DNA of 64,000 nt, taken from the NCBI GenBank assembly GCA_964016885.1, contig OZ024742.1:47058001-47122000 (forward strand). The letters are read 5' to 3'. Under the pieces are notes generated by a model. It was not told the origin of the DNA. It did not search any database and saw nothing but the letters and a program-made list of their open reading frames with translations. Source of the stretch: Eledone cirrhosa. Its lineage: Eukaryota. The translations under genes and the position numbers were made by a program. Shown piece after piece: positions 13,825 to 30,640 of the stretch. How positions within the stretch are numbered: position 1 is the stretch's first letter; every line of letters starts with the position of its first letter.

Positions 13825-14339
13825 CATGTATAACTCTCCACTGAGATATCTTTATTAATTTCAAGTATAAATTCCTTCATGTACAGACTTTATTTCTGCA
13901 ATACATTCATGAGATAAATATTTTTTTGAAATTCCACTATAGAAAAAAATTCGAAAATTTCGAGCTAATCAAATTATACATGAAGACAATTAATCATCAT
14001 AAAATATAAATTATACTTAATTGAACACACAGGACAAATAAAAAAAAATGTGATATATTATTTTTACTCTTCTTTGGGGATATCTTTTATAAATGCCCGA
14101 AACTTGCATCAAATATATATATATATATTTATGCATATATATATTAAATTGTTAAACAATATTCAATGATTATGTCAAAGAATGAGTTTTACAGTAGATT
14201 GGAAGCACTCAACCTTATTATATGCATATATATATATATGTATATATATATATGTGTGTGTGTGTCTGTGCCTGTGTGTGTGAATGCACGTCTGTGTGTA
14301 ATATATTTTTGAATATGTATGTATATATGTATATATGTA

Positions 14340-17300
14340 ACGGACGAATCCTACAAAATATACTGAAACGTTGGAAATAAGACTGCGAGAACGTATATCA
14401 CTGCATCGAAAGGAAAAGAATGAAAATTGGTTCCTTAAATATGAAGAGGAATTTTAAAAAATAGCCCACTCTTTATAGAAAATAAGCAAAACAAAATCCC
14501 TTGCAGAAATAGTCAAACCACCATACCCAACACATCCAAAACACAGACATAATTCGCCTCAACTAAAAATATACAACAGGAAAGGCACACGCAATTACTA
14601 CTATATTGACAATCACAAAATCTCTCCAAGGATCAAACTCCAAAACAATAACGGACAGCCCCATAACATAAACCCTACAAAATTCAGAAAAAAATCAATT
14701 AAGTATACATGCATTTCAAACAGAAGCCCAAAAACAAGAAGGACTATAACATGTACCACCTCCTACATTGCAATTATTTCCATTAAAGAAAAATCATTCT
14801 ACAGACCCACATAAAACGAAAAACAGCTGACCTGAAAATAAGAAACTTTTGTAGCACAAGATCAGACATACCATGACACTTGTTTGCCTCCACACACGAT
14901 AAACCGAAAGAAATCGACATTTCCAAGAAATCATGAACAAACACCCACATAGATATATTAAGTAAATTATTGAAGGCTACACCCACTCCACAAAAATCAA
15001 TCTGAATGAAAAACGACATCAGGGAATTTTTTCGAAAGCTCAGGCCTACTGAATATTTTCTCCGAAAACAATGACAATGTAACAGAATCACTATCTAGAA
15101 ATAAAAGTGATTTCTGCTCAAAGAAAGTGGAATAAAGCATAGATTCATACTGCGAACACATTATAAATTTTCCCTTTGAAAAAATTGGCCATAGACACAC
15201 GAAATCAAATTTCTCAAAACATGAAAGGAAGAACCTGATTGATTTACAAGAAAAGCTGATAAAAGTTACACAGTAGTTATCATAAATACAGACCACTAGA
15301 AAGATCTGATACTTCAAAGATTAGAAGACAACATTTGCTATGAAAAATTATGCAACTATAAACAATAAAAATAATGGAAAACAATTTAACTTCATTAAAT
15401 AAGTACCACAAAGGCCAAACCACGAATGACATTGCCTACATAAGCCACTTCAAATGAAAAACTATCATATGTTATGACCTACAGAAAATATACAAATGCA
15501 AACTGATGATACTTGTAAAACCTAAACAACCAAATATATCTAGTTAACATCTTCGGACTATTTAAAGCTTAGACGATCTATAGCAGGCGCTGCATGTGAA
15601 ACACCGACTGTGTAACTTCCGGGACATCCATTGAAAGCCCTAGCTAAAACATGTGCAGAGCTACATAGATGACCTAGATATGCTGAATCATCTCCCCAAA
15701 ACAGTAAGAGAACACACAATTTTGTTTCTTTCGGCGTTGTCAAATTATACGTAAACATAACCCATGATTATGGAATAATTGCAAGTAAATATTAGCTACA
15801 CACACACACATCAGAATTACTGACACACATCAAACAAGTTTTCACCCTTGATGGACTCAATTTCATATTGCAAAACAACAATTACCTTTTGTTCAACGGA
15901 TCTGTGACGAATATTAAGAAACACAAAGTGCACGAATGTAATCTCTACATACGCCAATTTAGTCGTGGGATTCCATGAACAAAAAATTTATTTAGAGCTA
16001 ATTACTATCACGTTTTGGGCACACACAACTGAAAAACAGTTGGAAAAGTTCCCTAGACAGTTGATTTATCTCATGACAGGAAAACCGTGATACACTCACA
16101 GAATTCAAAAAAATATGATAAATAATAGTAACAACAACATCCAATTCACAATGAAATTTACTAGCAAGGAACAAGCATCTTTAGTTATCAGGATTTGAAA
16201 AACAGACAGAAAAATAAAAACACGTACTCCCATCAATACCTTCTTTTTATATCCACCAAAAACACACAAAATGAAACATTTTATTTAACCTAGCAAAGCG
16301 TCTTTCCACCATAGTATCAGACCCAATCAAACGTGAGCAAAGCCTGGATGAACTAAAATTTATATTCGCTCCAAAAGCCTCCTCACTTAGCATAATCACG
16401 AACAGAATAGAAGGCCTAAATATATACATATTCAAGAACTGAGGACACCAAAAAGGAAAACCAGGAAAAATGATTTACCATGTGTCAACCTGAAACCTCC
16501 CAACTATCAAAATTTTAGACCTCCTTCGCAAAAACCTTATTCTGTATGAAGATGAAACAATGAAATAATTCTAGAAACACACAAGATCATCAACAGTAAG
16601 ATTCAGCCCAAAACACTGAAAAATATCCTTACTGGGGCAAAAACACACAAACAACTCTCCAACTCCACTCTAAAGAATGAATGTGGAAGAACATATTGTG
16701 GTACCAGCTTATATCCAATTAAAAGATCAACATTCAAATTTAGAGATCGACAAACCTTCAGAATAAAAGAAAATATCGCCTGCAACTTTGAAAACCGAAT
16801 CTATGTGATTATATGCTGGGGATGTCTGAAAAACTACATATGACATTACACAAAATAATAACCATACACCACCAAGAAATCCATGATGAAATCACGAAAC
16901 AAAACAACTTAAACAGCCACATTTCTACATGCGCATGATTAAACTTACTCAGCTTCAAAATTGTCCTGCTCAACAGAGAATAAATAAAGAAAAGGAATTC
17001 AATGAAAAATATAAACCACAATGAAATAAGTGATTGTTTCCCATTAGACGATAAATAGTGATCTATAGATAGGAATAACCAATTTACACAAACCTGTACA
17101 CCAACCTATATATTTGCAACCACACACATCACAATATAAAAGGAAAAAAAAATATAATTCCTCTACTAAAACCCTTTTTTCATTTCATTCCTTTCTTTCG
17201 TTCGTTCGTTCTTTCTTTCTTTTTTCTTTCTTTCTGTCCCACTTATTTTTTTCTGTTTCCTCTTTTCTACAAATTCTCCAGAAACAGATTCTTTGACAAA

Positions 17301-17457
17301 TTTTACGCCTCTCAAAGAACTCCTGTCAATTATGTTTATACATATACTTGTTTTGTTATTTTACTTCGCTTCTTTCTATATTTACAAACTCTAAAAAGAA
17401 ACTTGATGGAAACCCTAGTACACACACGCACACGCACACGCACACACACACACACAG

Positions 17458-17490
<33 letters not shown>

Positions 17491-18180
17491 TACACACACT
17501 CTCTCAGACACACACACACATACAAGCATACATCGCAAAGCAAAAGAGAATCTATTTATCCATTCCTAGCTATTTCCACCTGTTTTTTAAAACACTAAAT
17601 AAATTTGACTATTGGAGACGAAATGCCACCTAAATACACACACTGGTGCACAAAACAGGACAAAGAATTGCCATTTGGTCCATTTGGTATGAATTTGGTA
17701 GCAATTTTCTATTTAAACAAAGAAAATTTACTCGTGAATCACTTTATCCCTGATGTGTTCAATTCCACTTCCAAACCTACATTTAAGATATGTGCATATA
17801 TTTATACACGTTGGTGCAAGCTCGATTACACATTCTGTATTAATACAATCATAACATTATCATACACTTCGGCTGCTCACGCATATATATACCTTAATTA
17901 GCAACACATGCGCCAATTATATGCAAATTAGTCTGTCCATTTCTGAATAATACTAAGAGCGAATGTGTATATATACGTATACCCATCAAATAAATTTCCT
18001 AATGGTTGAGAGATACACGCTTTCTGATGAACAACCAATTATATCTGAAAATCTTTTAAAGTTGATTATCATCTTCTCAATTTACAGAGGAATTCGTATT
18101 TAGATATGTGTATATATTTATACAAGTTGGTGCAGTCTAACTTACATATAACTTTATCAGATATATAAGATTGTGATGTA
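14340..18180 (+). mobile_element. Heavily decayed Penelope-like element (RT + GIY-YIG), Neptune-like
   Basis: Frameshifted fragments LKLRRSIAGAACET, DDLDMLNHLP, FVSFGVVKLYVNITHDYG (~15560-15780); NLAKRLSTIVSDP (~16290); Cys knuckle CGRTYCGT (~16682); GIY-YIG ENRIYVIICWGCLKNYI (~16790-16840); degenerate ctgatga...ctgaaa near 18024; ends are approximate. Confidence 0.8.
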
Positions 18181-18681
18181 GTTTGCTTGAATCGTTATAT
18201 AATAAGAATATGAAAGTGGGTATGCAATTTTCTCTGTTATTTTCATTAAATGTTCTCTCTCGCTTCTTTCCCCTCTCTCTCATCTCCCTTACATTTCTCT
18301 CTCGCTTGCCCCCCCCCTCTCAACTTCCATATACTCTCTCTCTCCCTTGCTCTCCCTGTCTTATCTTCCTTACATCTTCTCTCGCTTGCTCCCAAATCCC
18401 TATTATCTTCATTACATTTCCTCTCCCACGTACCCTTCCCGCTCTCTCTGGGTTTGTGAGTACCACTGGTGTGTTCCCAAGAAAAGCCAAATTAAGCATC
18501 TAATAATAGTATCTCGTTCATCATCATCATTATTTAACAGTTATAATCATATTTCATAATTTTATTATGGCTTTTAACTATCCCCATAATAATCGAATAT
18601 AGTTGAAGTACCTTACTATGTTTGAAATTACCACACACAGACACACACGCAAACATCGCACACATATTATATGTGTGTATA

Positions 18682-18691
<10 letters not shown>

Positions 18692-18720
<29 letters not shown>

Positions 18721-18818
18721 TGTTTCTACTTTTGGCACAAGGCCAGCAATTACCCAGTGCATTACTGGTACTTTATTTTATCGACCCCATAAGGATGAAA
18801 AGCAAAGTTAACCTCGGC
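18692..18818 (-). mobile_element. 5'-truncated SINE with (AAT)n tail
   Basis: tgtttctacttttggcacaaggccagc...tcgaccccataaggatgaaaagcaaagttaacctcggc. Confidence 0.9.
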
Positions 18819-19937
18819 TGCAGCTGCGATTAGTATTTTTCGAAATCAATCTTCTGAGGACGTACGAAGCACTCAATGAGGTGATATCGATTATTCGATA
18901 AATTATAGCCCAAAGTAATAAGTTAGGGTTGTTACACAATGAACGTTGCGCCCAGAGAGATGTTGCCACAAAAGCCACTACAACAACGAAAATACAAACA
19001 GGTTACAGACGAACCTGGACCCAATTAATTGATATTATATGAATATCTCCGATTGGTTTCTAGGAAAATCCGAAAGTTACACTCCAAGTTGCGTAACATG
19101 CAAGCCAGTAATGTATCTCAAGATGGAACGAGGAAATCCCTTTCGCAACAGGCGTTCTCTTATCCGCAAGCGCGGCTTAGTAATTCCACTGCCAAGAACT
19201 GTAGCAGTAACTTTGACAGCGGGGTCATGTGTTCTTTTTCAAGAAATGAGGAAGATTGACATCCGGGCTTTGGTGGGCAAATTCAAAAGTGTAAAGAAAG
19301 GAATGTATTCACAGCCTTTAAAGTACGCTCTCAACTAGGTTATATATATATAAACCTCACAAAAATACTGCATCTCTAAGATGTAATGTTTTTTCATAGT
19401 AGCCACGAAACTGTGCAGTCGAGGATGTTGAAGGATATTGGGTATATATATATTTTTTATTTATGTCTAATGTTTCTTCTTTCTTTATAATGTATTATAT
19501 TTATATATATACATATATAAATACACCACCATCTTTATTTTATCGGCCCCGTAAGGATGAAAGGCAAATCTTCTCACTGCCTCCCGTTCGTTAGTAGTGG
19601 GGTTCTTTCTTTCTCACATCTCATTCACGGCGAACGGTCTGTTTTCTGAGCACTCATGAAATTCACGCTGCTTATGCTGACCGGATAACCATCATGTTGC
19701 TTGCTGTTTTCCTACCTTCGGTTTGCTTTTCCTTCTACGTTGCTTACTTGGCTCACTCGCTTTATGCGATTCACTTGTCCCAATAGCTTATTTTAGTTAT
19801 TGCTCGCACCAACCTGAGGTATCTAATTTTTAATGCGATGAAATACCAATGATGGTTGGCAAATCACTGATGAGGGACTAATTTTATAATATGTAACCCA
19901 TGCGCAACCATGCAGTATTCCCCTTTCTTCCCATGTT

Positions 19938-19977
<40 letters not shown>

Positions 19978-19985
<8 letters not shown>

Positions 19986-20550
19986 ATACTTGGGGAGGGT
20001 CATATTTGTGTAATAATATTGCCAGAATTAATAACAGAACACACTCACTGTTTGGTTGGTTTTCGCTTCTGTGTCTTTTATACCGGTTAATTTATTTTAT
20101 TTGGTCCTCAATGTTACCATTGACTGACCAACGGTAAAAAATACAGATACAATATAGACACAAACACATATATATATAGTCTAACAAAGCTCTTTCGTTG
20201 CACATCTGCAATTCGTCAGTGGTGCTTTTATGATTCCCGTTGCATTGTATGCCTACGCCATCTTTATTTAGTCTTTTTATTTATTTATTTATTATATTTT
20301 TTTGTCTTCTCTGCGCCACGTTTGCGTGTGTGTAGAGTGATTTGTTTGATGTCTGTTCGTGTTTGGCTGACTGTGTATCGGTTATTGTATTCTATCTTAG
20401 TTTACTAGTGTGTGTTTATATGTATTTGTTGTTATTGTGCTTGTGTATGTATTTATTTATTTATCTTTTTATTTATTTATTTATACTTCTCTTAGGTCAG
20501 TGTTGTTTGTTTGGGTGTTGTTGTTATTCCATTCATATTTTCTAATTCAT
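19978..20550 (-). mobile_element. Non-coding HHR-bearing element between (TA)n tracts; same family as 47656-47917 and 51565-52150
   Basis: Shared terminus ttgttatact(t/g)ggagggtcat; HHR-like CUGACGA-attgca(gatg)tgcaac-GAAA-gagc-UU on minus strand at 20184-20222. Confidence 0.75.
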
Positions 20551-20555
20551 CGCCG

Positions 20556-21370
<815 letters not shown>

Positions 21371-21398
21371 CATGTGAGTGCGAGTGAGTAAGAACAAA

Positions 21399-21592
21399 GG
21401 GTGGGTTGGCAGTATCGGTAGTGCGTCGGACGCCATACTATATGGCGCATAGAGTTACGGCCATTGCCATTCTGAGTTCAATTCCCGCCGAGGTTAACTT
21501 TGTCTTTCATCCTTACGGGGCTGATAAAATAAAGTACCAGTAAATCGCATGGGTAATTGCTGGCCTTGTGCCAAAAATTAAAAACAATTATT
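21399..21592 (+). mobile_element. Full-length tRNA-derived SINE
   Basis: A box tggcagtatcgg, B box gagttcaattcc, central ctttcatccttacggggctgataaaataaagtaccag, 3' ggccttgtgccaaaa...aattatt tail. Confidence 0.92.
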
Positions 21593-21876
21593 GAAAATCT
21601 ACTGAAAATTCATACTTATAAACCTACTTTCAAAATTTTCAAAACAAAATGATGTGCTGTCGTTCGTGCCTTTCGTAATGCTATTGCTCCTACTTAAGGT
21701 CGACATCTAAATAATTTGGATGTTGCGTAAAATACATCCTTGTTTAGGTTCTCATCTATCTAGACTATATTTTAACCTGTAATTCATGTTAAATTTCTGT
21801 TGCACCTCATTCCCCACCTCTCGCTCTTTCTCTTTCTCTCTGTCATATTTGAATCTACAATGATTGGCATTACATG

Positions 21877-21946
<70 letters not shown>

Positions 21947-24665
21947 TGCGTTATATTTTGTTAAAATAATCAAATTAAATTAATTCAACAGCCAAACACA
22001 TGTAAGAATAATAAGGTCGTTACCAAAGAGCCAGAAGATTGACATGTCGACCCTAAATATGACTATTAGCTCTAGGAAAGCCATGAACGTCACCACATCT
22101 TTTTAACTTTGATTTTTAAAGTAGGTTTATAATTATTAATTGTCATTATACTATTGTAGCTGTCTCGGCGGTCTAGTTGGAGGAATCATAGACAGTGGTG
22201 ATCCTGGTCTGAAGTTCGATCCGGGTCGGGAATGGGGCTCCCGGTAAAACTATTCAGTGTTTTTCTGTTGGATGTCAAAATAAAAACTGAAAAATATTTC
22301 ATGCACCTCTCGACCAGGATCTCCAAATCTACCGTGGGTCCCCTGGGTCCACTTGCCATTGGGCAACCTGGCAACCTGGCCAGTTCACCACTGTATATAT
22401 ATGCAGTATATATAATTCCAATGCGCATTGATACATATATCTGGTACTATGCGTCAATAAATACTGCAGTGTTTAACATAATGAATCCAATTAATCCCGA
22501 TCGTTGACATGGTGCTCCTCCGCTCACCATCAAGTATAAATCACAATAGAATGGTTGAAGGTGAAAACATATGGACAGGTAGGGAAATAGTAGAAAATAG
22601 GAATTTCGATTATGTTGGGAGAGTGTGCAACTACAGAATCCCTAGCTGAAGGAGTTTTATTTATTCCTTCATCCACACATAGATCCCATACATACGTTGA
22701 CTCATAGAAATATCTAATAAACTCATATAATACTCGCACACACTGGACGAGGTGGGGGTTTTCAACTTAATGAAATATCAGAAACTTTATTTGAACGGTT
22801 TAAGGTTAAAGGTTTCTTTCAAAGGCGATACGGAAATTGATTTAAATCTATTTTTATTGAATAGCTTCAAGGTCTTTAACTCCCTTAAGGATTACCTTCA
22901 AGTGCTTACCTGGTTATCAATGGTTATGATTCAATTGGTCCACACCTTCTTTTGTAAAACTATACATCGTATAATACAATCTAAAATTAGATTCCAAGAA
23001 ACTATTTTATAAGCCCTTTTCGAATTTCGAACTGAATTCTTCATGCTGTGAAATGTTTCCTTTAATTTCCTTCTCTAATATTTGTGTTAACTGGATATAT
23101 TATCGCAATTAATTTAATTTCTTTGAAGCAGTATTAGTTAAATGAGTAAGTTAACTTTGAAACACGTAATTTAGCTTGCAGCAAAAATAATGAAATTATT
23201 AAGAATGATGAATCCCTCAGAAGTTAAACCCGGCTTAATTTGCGGTTCTCGCTAGGCAATATATCATCTTATTTTCTTGATGTTTTCTGGGGAAAAATAG
23301 AATTTAATGGAATTATGATGCTAATTAAAATTATATAATATGGTGTGTGTTTCTGTTTGAGTATTAATGAACGCTAAGTTAAATGATAAATAACTTCTGA
23401 ATATTTAATTCGGTTGTTTCTAAAGGACGAGCAACATATCGTAGAGCGAAGTAAATAGCAAGTAAACTTATTTGTTTGAATACCCAGTGTAGATTACAAA
23501 TTAGATGGAAATACGTTCGAGAAGAATTTTGGATATTCTTCAAAGAATTGAAATTGTCATTGGTTTTATAATATGCTGTCACGTGCGCGAAGAGTTGAAG
23601 AATATTTTCTAGATGAAAAAGTATTGGAATATTTGAAATGAATGTTGACATGCCATCTTTTTAAAGAAAGACATAAATTAGAGCTACATATATATTCACT
23701 GCGTTGGTCAATGGATAAGGTAAATCCCCCATCGTTCGTGTGTCCATAGTCAGGGCTATTCTATTCCTCAATATAATGGATCATAGAAATTCCTCTTGTA
23801 AATATTTTCACAACATCGTAAGCCATATTTATTTTTTTGTACACATATAACACACATTTCAAAGGAAGATGAACGTTTCCTCTATATTCTTCTGATTTTA
23901 ACAGATATACTATTGCTATCTGCGTGTTGCAGGTTGTGAATTGAGTGAAATCATTTCACATATTTCAGTTTATAATGCTAATATAATTATTTCCACACGT
24001 ACGTTCCTCTACAATAATTTTATTAATTTGCTCCTGACTTGTTATACGCGTATCCTCCAAAATATAGCTCCCTTTAATTTCTCCAGAATAAATTCAAATA
24101 TTCCACTTGTCAACAACCATATTACCTATTGTTACTATAAAAAGCTTCACGCACAGATATCACTCGATATTGTATGATCTTTGAATGATGCGAATGGCTA
24201 GCCCTAGCCTTAAAATGGGACCATATCAAATGAACGCTCATAACAGTATTGCCTCAAAACGCTAATAATGGTATGACATGAGCGATGCCCAGCTGCCAAC
24301 TCTCTGCAAAACCCTATATGCCAGTTACATATCTAATAAGCCATATTTGTTGGTAGCACCCACTGTACTCAAACAGGATTTTTGATAACCATACTCGATC
24401 TACAGTTGGCTGCTATAATATATATGTAAAATCTAACGAGAGATAACAAGGCAAACGACATAGTACAGTGAAGAAATATATTAGTTTAACGCTTGAAATA
24501 GCAGGAAGAGTCTTAACTTTTCGGACACTAGTCCTTTATTAGGAGATAAATTTAGAAATAGAAGATAAACAGAAAGAAAAGAGTGAGAAGTGGAAGGAAC
24601 GGGAAAATGAGGAAAAAAAGGTGTAGAAAGAAAATATGCGTGTGTATTCAGATAGTCAAAGTGAA

Positions 24666-24735
24666 TGTATGTATGTATGTATGTATGTATGTATGTATGT
24701 ATGTATGTATGTATGTATGTATGTATGTATGTATG
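24666..24735. repeat. (ATGT)n microsatellite
   Basis: Direct reading. Confidence 0.97.
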
Positions 24736-26581
24736 AATATGGCGGAGTCAACAGCTATCCAAACAGTACTTTTTTTTCAGCTGGGAGTGAAAAGTCCCCG
24801 ATTGTTGTCACAATACCTTTCTAGGAGAGGGAAACTCTGACCCCCCCCCCCCCCAAAAAAAAAAGAAAAACCCCTCCAGTTTCGGAAGCATCCGAAGATG
24901 TTGACCAGTCCTCCTTTTCGGGTAGTGTTTTCGATGCCCAGAAAGTGGGGTGGTCGAGTGCAAGGCCTTTCCCCACTTAAAAATCCTTCAAAGCACAGAT
25001 ATTGCTTGTTCAGGATCTGTTACAGGTTTGTGTGGCTGGCCGTAGCCTAAAGGTGCACCAAACTCTATAATCTGACAAGCGATTTCAATACTCTTAATAG
25101 AGCTTGCAGCCATCATGTATGTATGTATGTATGCATGTATGTATATGTATGTATATGTATGAATGTATATATGTGTACGTGTGTGTGTACGTTTGTGTGA
25201 GAGTATTTGAATTATATAGATCCTATATATATATTATAAACATATTACACTCATACGTGTGTGGTCGGCTTATTGATGCCTATATATTTGTGTTTGGGCA
25301 AGAGTTAATAGTTGCAGAAAAGCCTGATCAAACGTAGGCATGTATACATCTACTTATGGATAGATGGATAATGTTCTTCGGTTACTCAACCAATATCTAT
25401 ATACATATTCCTGCCAATGCAATATGCTATTAACGTTTTAATACTTTACTCATATTAATAAATTTAACTTGGTAGAGAAAGGAATAGCGTGTCCTGCAGC
25501 AATCTTATTTTTTTGGAAGATTCTCTATAGAAACAGACATATATTTGCTGATAAAAGTAATAATTGAATCAATTAAGTAGACGGTTGCTCGTGGCATAAT
25601 TTAAAGACGATTCAAGAATACACATTTGGCATCAGTTATCAAATCATCGACCAAATAAAATAAGCAATAGACAGATATAGCGGCAACGAAATTAAATTTG
25701 ATGAAAGTGCTTCCCAAATATATCCTAGGTTCAGCATCTGTAACTGATACAATTACCGAGATATTCTTTATGTTGCTATATGCAGCTATATGCTAATATT
25801 GATAAAGGTATGTTAGATTGAAATGCTTATTCCTCCTATACAAACATGTCGACTCAACAGAATTGCGATATGTTGAATATCAGTTTTTAGAATTTCAGAT
25901 ATGGGACATAATTAATAATATCTTTAGGAAATATAGTCCTACCGAATCATGTCCTCTAATTAATCTTTTAAATTTGAAGCAATTTAACGTGTCTTCCATT
26001 AGCATTTGCTAATTCGAAAGTACTAAATTTATTAAAAACAATTTTAAGTACCATCTTTGTCCTTTTTTGTTTTATGTTCTTGTATTGTTTCTGCTATATA
26101 GATATATTTGCGAAAACAATGCTATTTGAGCGGCCACAAAAGTAGTCTATATGTATAATATGCTTGCATCTGCATTAAATACTGCTTGCCGTAAAGTGTG
26201 TCTCTATCTATACTTGTGTGTTTATTTGTATTCATATTTGTGTGTGCGCGTGTGTGTGTCTGTGTACTTGCTTGTGTGTGCCGAATTGTAGACATTAGGA
26301 TATAATTCTTATGCGTATTGCTGTTGATATGTGGCGAGAAAATTCAAATTTTAAGTAACCCAAATTAAATTTCCAACCTATATGTATTCATGGCTTTCCA
26401 TTATAGGTATAGAATGTGGATATGTTCTACCGTTTACAGTATATTTCGAGGTGAGAGACTGGATTACAGAGTAAACTTATCTGGGGGCTCAAACCATTGT
26501 ACGGTTAAGGCAATTTACTGGATTATTCTCCACGTGGCAACTAGAAATAGCAGTCAAAACTTCCTTAAAAATGGATACGTT

Positions 26582-26644
<63 letters not shown>

Positions 26645-28094
26645 CGGGTGCTAAGTATCTTTTTTAAAGGAAAGTGGTTGAGTTTATAAAGTTTTTCATG
26701 GCCTTCTGGGAGATAGATGTACCCCCCCCCCCACCAAAAGGGACCAGGTCCGAATACTTGAAATTGTATGCACCCCGCTAAAGGAACCCACGATTCCGAT
26801 GATGGTTTTAAATATGGTGATAGATACCACTGACAACTCAAGAAGAATTATTTTTTACATGACTATATACTCGTACATTTATGCAGTGGTATGTTAATAA
26901 ATGGGCCCTTCATTAGGTTGACAACTGTAGTGTATGCAGCAGGCATCTCTGGTTATTTTCGCTACAAACATTTTATTGGACGAAATTTATAGCAAATTAT
27001 AGTTTGTTCAATTAAGCATAATCAGAAAAGTGGACAAATATTTATTAGGATTGATTCGGTACTCTGTTGAATCATATTTGAACTGCACGCTTTAATTATA
27101 CAGTGAATCTCTTTCTTGCTCTTGTTAGGAAAATAAATATATTGGAATTTGGAATTTCGAATGCTGGGAGAAACGTAAGGTGCGTATAGTTACAGAATTC
27201 ACCACAGGTTAAGATATATGAACATTGGGCAGTTCGATCAGTCATAAGACAACTCCTTGAATCGATCAGTAGTTATGACAGTAGTTATCTATAATATATG
27301 GCAATAGCATTTTCTGAATTATCTTCGTATGTGCTAATTTATGATTTTGCTTACTCCCACTGGACTTTCAATTGTGATACATTATGAGTCATAACTTTAG
27401 ATATAAATTAAAAATACGAATACCATGTGTCCTTAATATGTGAGTTAAAGCCCTTTCATTTAGTTGATGTTGATATGTATTGTTTAGGTGATAAATTGTC
27501 AGTCATTAGAAAGTCTGATAAAATACTCTGCCCTTCATTCTTTCGTGGTCGATAAAATAGCATCAGTCCAGTAGCTTCCTTTCGCTCTCTTCTTCTCTAG
27601 ACAAAAACGATTGGGGAGGCGATAAACTGCATCAGGTTTAAAATATGAATGCCAATGACATGTTGCAGGTCATTTTAGGGTGCCCCTACGACACCATCAG
27701 GACTCACTGATCGATACATATATACATTGTCCAAGACTATTTATCTCACATTCTCTCATAATAAATAAGGTTCCTTGTATCCCTCAAATTCGCCCTGATA
27801 CAATCTTTACTAATAAATTATCCCACTGAATATCAAGAGCTATAAGTACTGTGTAATGTGATGGTTATTTTTGAAATGTCTGTATTTGAAATGGAAAGCA
27901 TAACGAACAACTCATAGATTTATGATACTCCGAATAACATAACAGAACAATACATATTTCTAATAGCGGATGTTATAGTTTTAAGGTTATACGTAAAGTA
28001 AGCGGCTCGCCAAAAATATTACGTTCCCGTTCTCAATAGAGTTAAATACAGTTTGTTTATAGAGTACTCTTGTATATATGCATAAGTACATTTA

Positions 28095-28170
<76 letters not shown>

Positions 28171-28559
28171 GAGTGTGTGTGTATGTGCTCGTGTACATAC
28201 AGACATTTACACAAATATCCGCATTAAAATATATTATATTCGCTTACAAATCCTCACATATACACAGAAAAGTCTCTACAAGCGCAACTGTATTCATACA
28301 AATACATTCGCGCGCACGTCTGTGTTTAGAAATCAGTAACGATTGATATTTGGCAAGAAACAGAAAAGTTTCAATTTTCTGTTCATAATAAATAAATGAT
28401 TCATCCTTGCTCTTGTGTTATTGATGTAACTCCAAATAAATATAAACTATACACAAAACCCGAAATCATACAAAAGTATTCACTACACTAAAGACAGTAC
28501 GACGCCACATCGCATTCATTTTGTTTTGGTCCAATATAAGATCGTTTGTGCGATGGCGA

Positions 28560-29225
<666 letters not shown>

Positions 29226-30305
29226 TGTGTGAATACATTTTCTGAATTTTTTTCATAATTTTTCTGTTGTTTTGTAGAGTACACAAGGGAGTTTATTCCG
29301 AACTACTTTCAAAGTCTAATTTAGTTTTAGTTTTCAGTAAACAAAATGTAGAAGTGATAACTCTTGCGACGAAACTACTACTGTCTAGTAACTTGAGCTT
29401 CTTTTGTTCTATAATATATATTATTAATATCGACAATTTCATTATAGTTGCAAAATATTCTATCTAGAATATGGATGGTAATTGCATACTTTTGTGTCTA
29501 AGACAGGCGTGTGACCGGGCAGTGAGATACGGCTTTGCAATGCATGATATGTCCAAATTGAACAAGTAATTTAGTGACTTTTTGTAATATTAAATATTTA
29601 GTTGATGTCATGCAAGGCTACACAAGCTTTGGAGATGAGTCAGACATATGTCTGTGTGGACACATGTTTTGAGGTTGATTGAACAAGAACAATGTGGGAT
29701 GAAATTTGTCTAGAATTCCAAATGAACTAATTATACCTAACGCGTTGAACAAATTATATTATACATATTAGATGAAAAGGAAACTTTGTTTTGCGCGTAT
29801 CATTATTCTCGTAATTTTGTTTCATATTTTTATTGATTGTTTTATCATATTGGTTACTGTTGTTAGAGTTCTTCCAAGTTTTGGGTTTCGGTTTTCATCT
29901 CATTATTTCATTATCAAACATTTATCTTTTTTGTGAACCTTTTCCGGTATGGTCTATGAAGTCTAGAAACAGAATAATAAACTACAAGCTTCCTGTTGCA
30001 AATAATTCGATGACAACGATTTAGATTTAGATCATATTTCATGATTTATATTTTATATCGTTACACACGATACGGCAAACATTTAAAATATATAAACACT
30101 GTCTGATATATACATGTGAAATCCAATTATAACTGCAGTAATTGCACCCTAATGAAACGTATCTTAAACTCTCCAATTATTGCAAAGTACAATGTGATAA
30201 AATACATCCGATTAAATGATAGATTGATATAATATATATAATAAATGTGTCACCGATATATATATATTTGTATATGTTTTTGTTTTGTATATCCTTCCAA
30301 AATGT

Positions 30306-30392
<87 letters not shown>

Positions 30393-30602
30393 TATGAAAT
30401 TTTACGAATTACAGCTAATATATTACAGACGATCTTCGTCAAAATTTACATGATCATGTATTTCGTCTGCTGAAATTTGTAACCACGTTATTGATAGTAA
30501 AGTGACGTCTGGTTTATATATGCATGTATGTATATATACATTGCACACAAGAACACACACAGACACACATACACACACATACACACACACATACACACAC
30601 AT

Positions 30603-30640
<38 letters not shown>

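Noticed and set aside
19866-19915. CUGAUGA-ggg...ccc hammerhead start
   Set aside because: No GAAA or stem III follows; at most a dead remnant
21399-21490. tRNA gene
   Set aside because: A/B boxes belong to a SINE head with a long spacer and no cloverleaf
22155-22393. tRNA-like head and 9-bp inverted ends cagtggtga/tcaccactg
   Set aside because: No cloverleaf and no matching TSD; element type cannot be assigned
24770-25100. GC-rich segment resembling an RTE 5' UTR with a possible HDV-like ribozyme
   Set aside because: I could not assign the nested pseudoknot by eye
26641-26780. Possible MITE with ends taggcgggtgc / gcaccccgcta
   Set aside because: Short imperfect match and no second copy in the window
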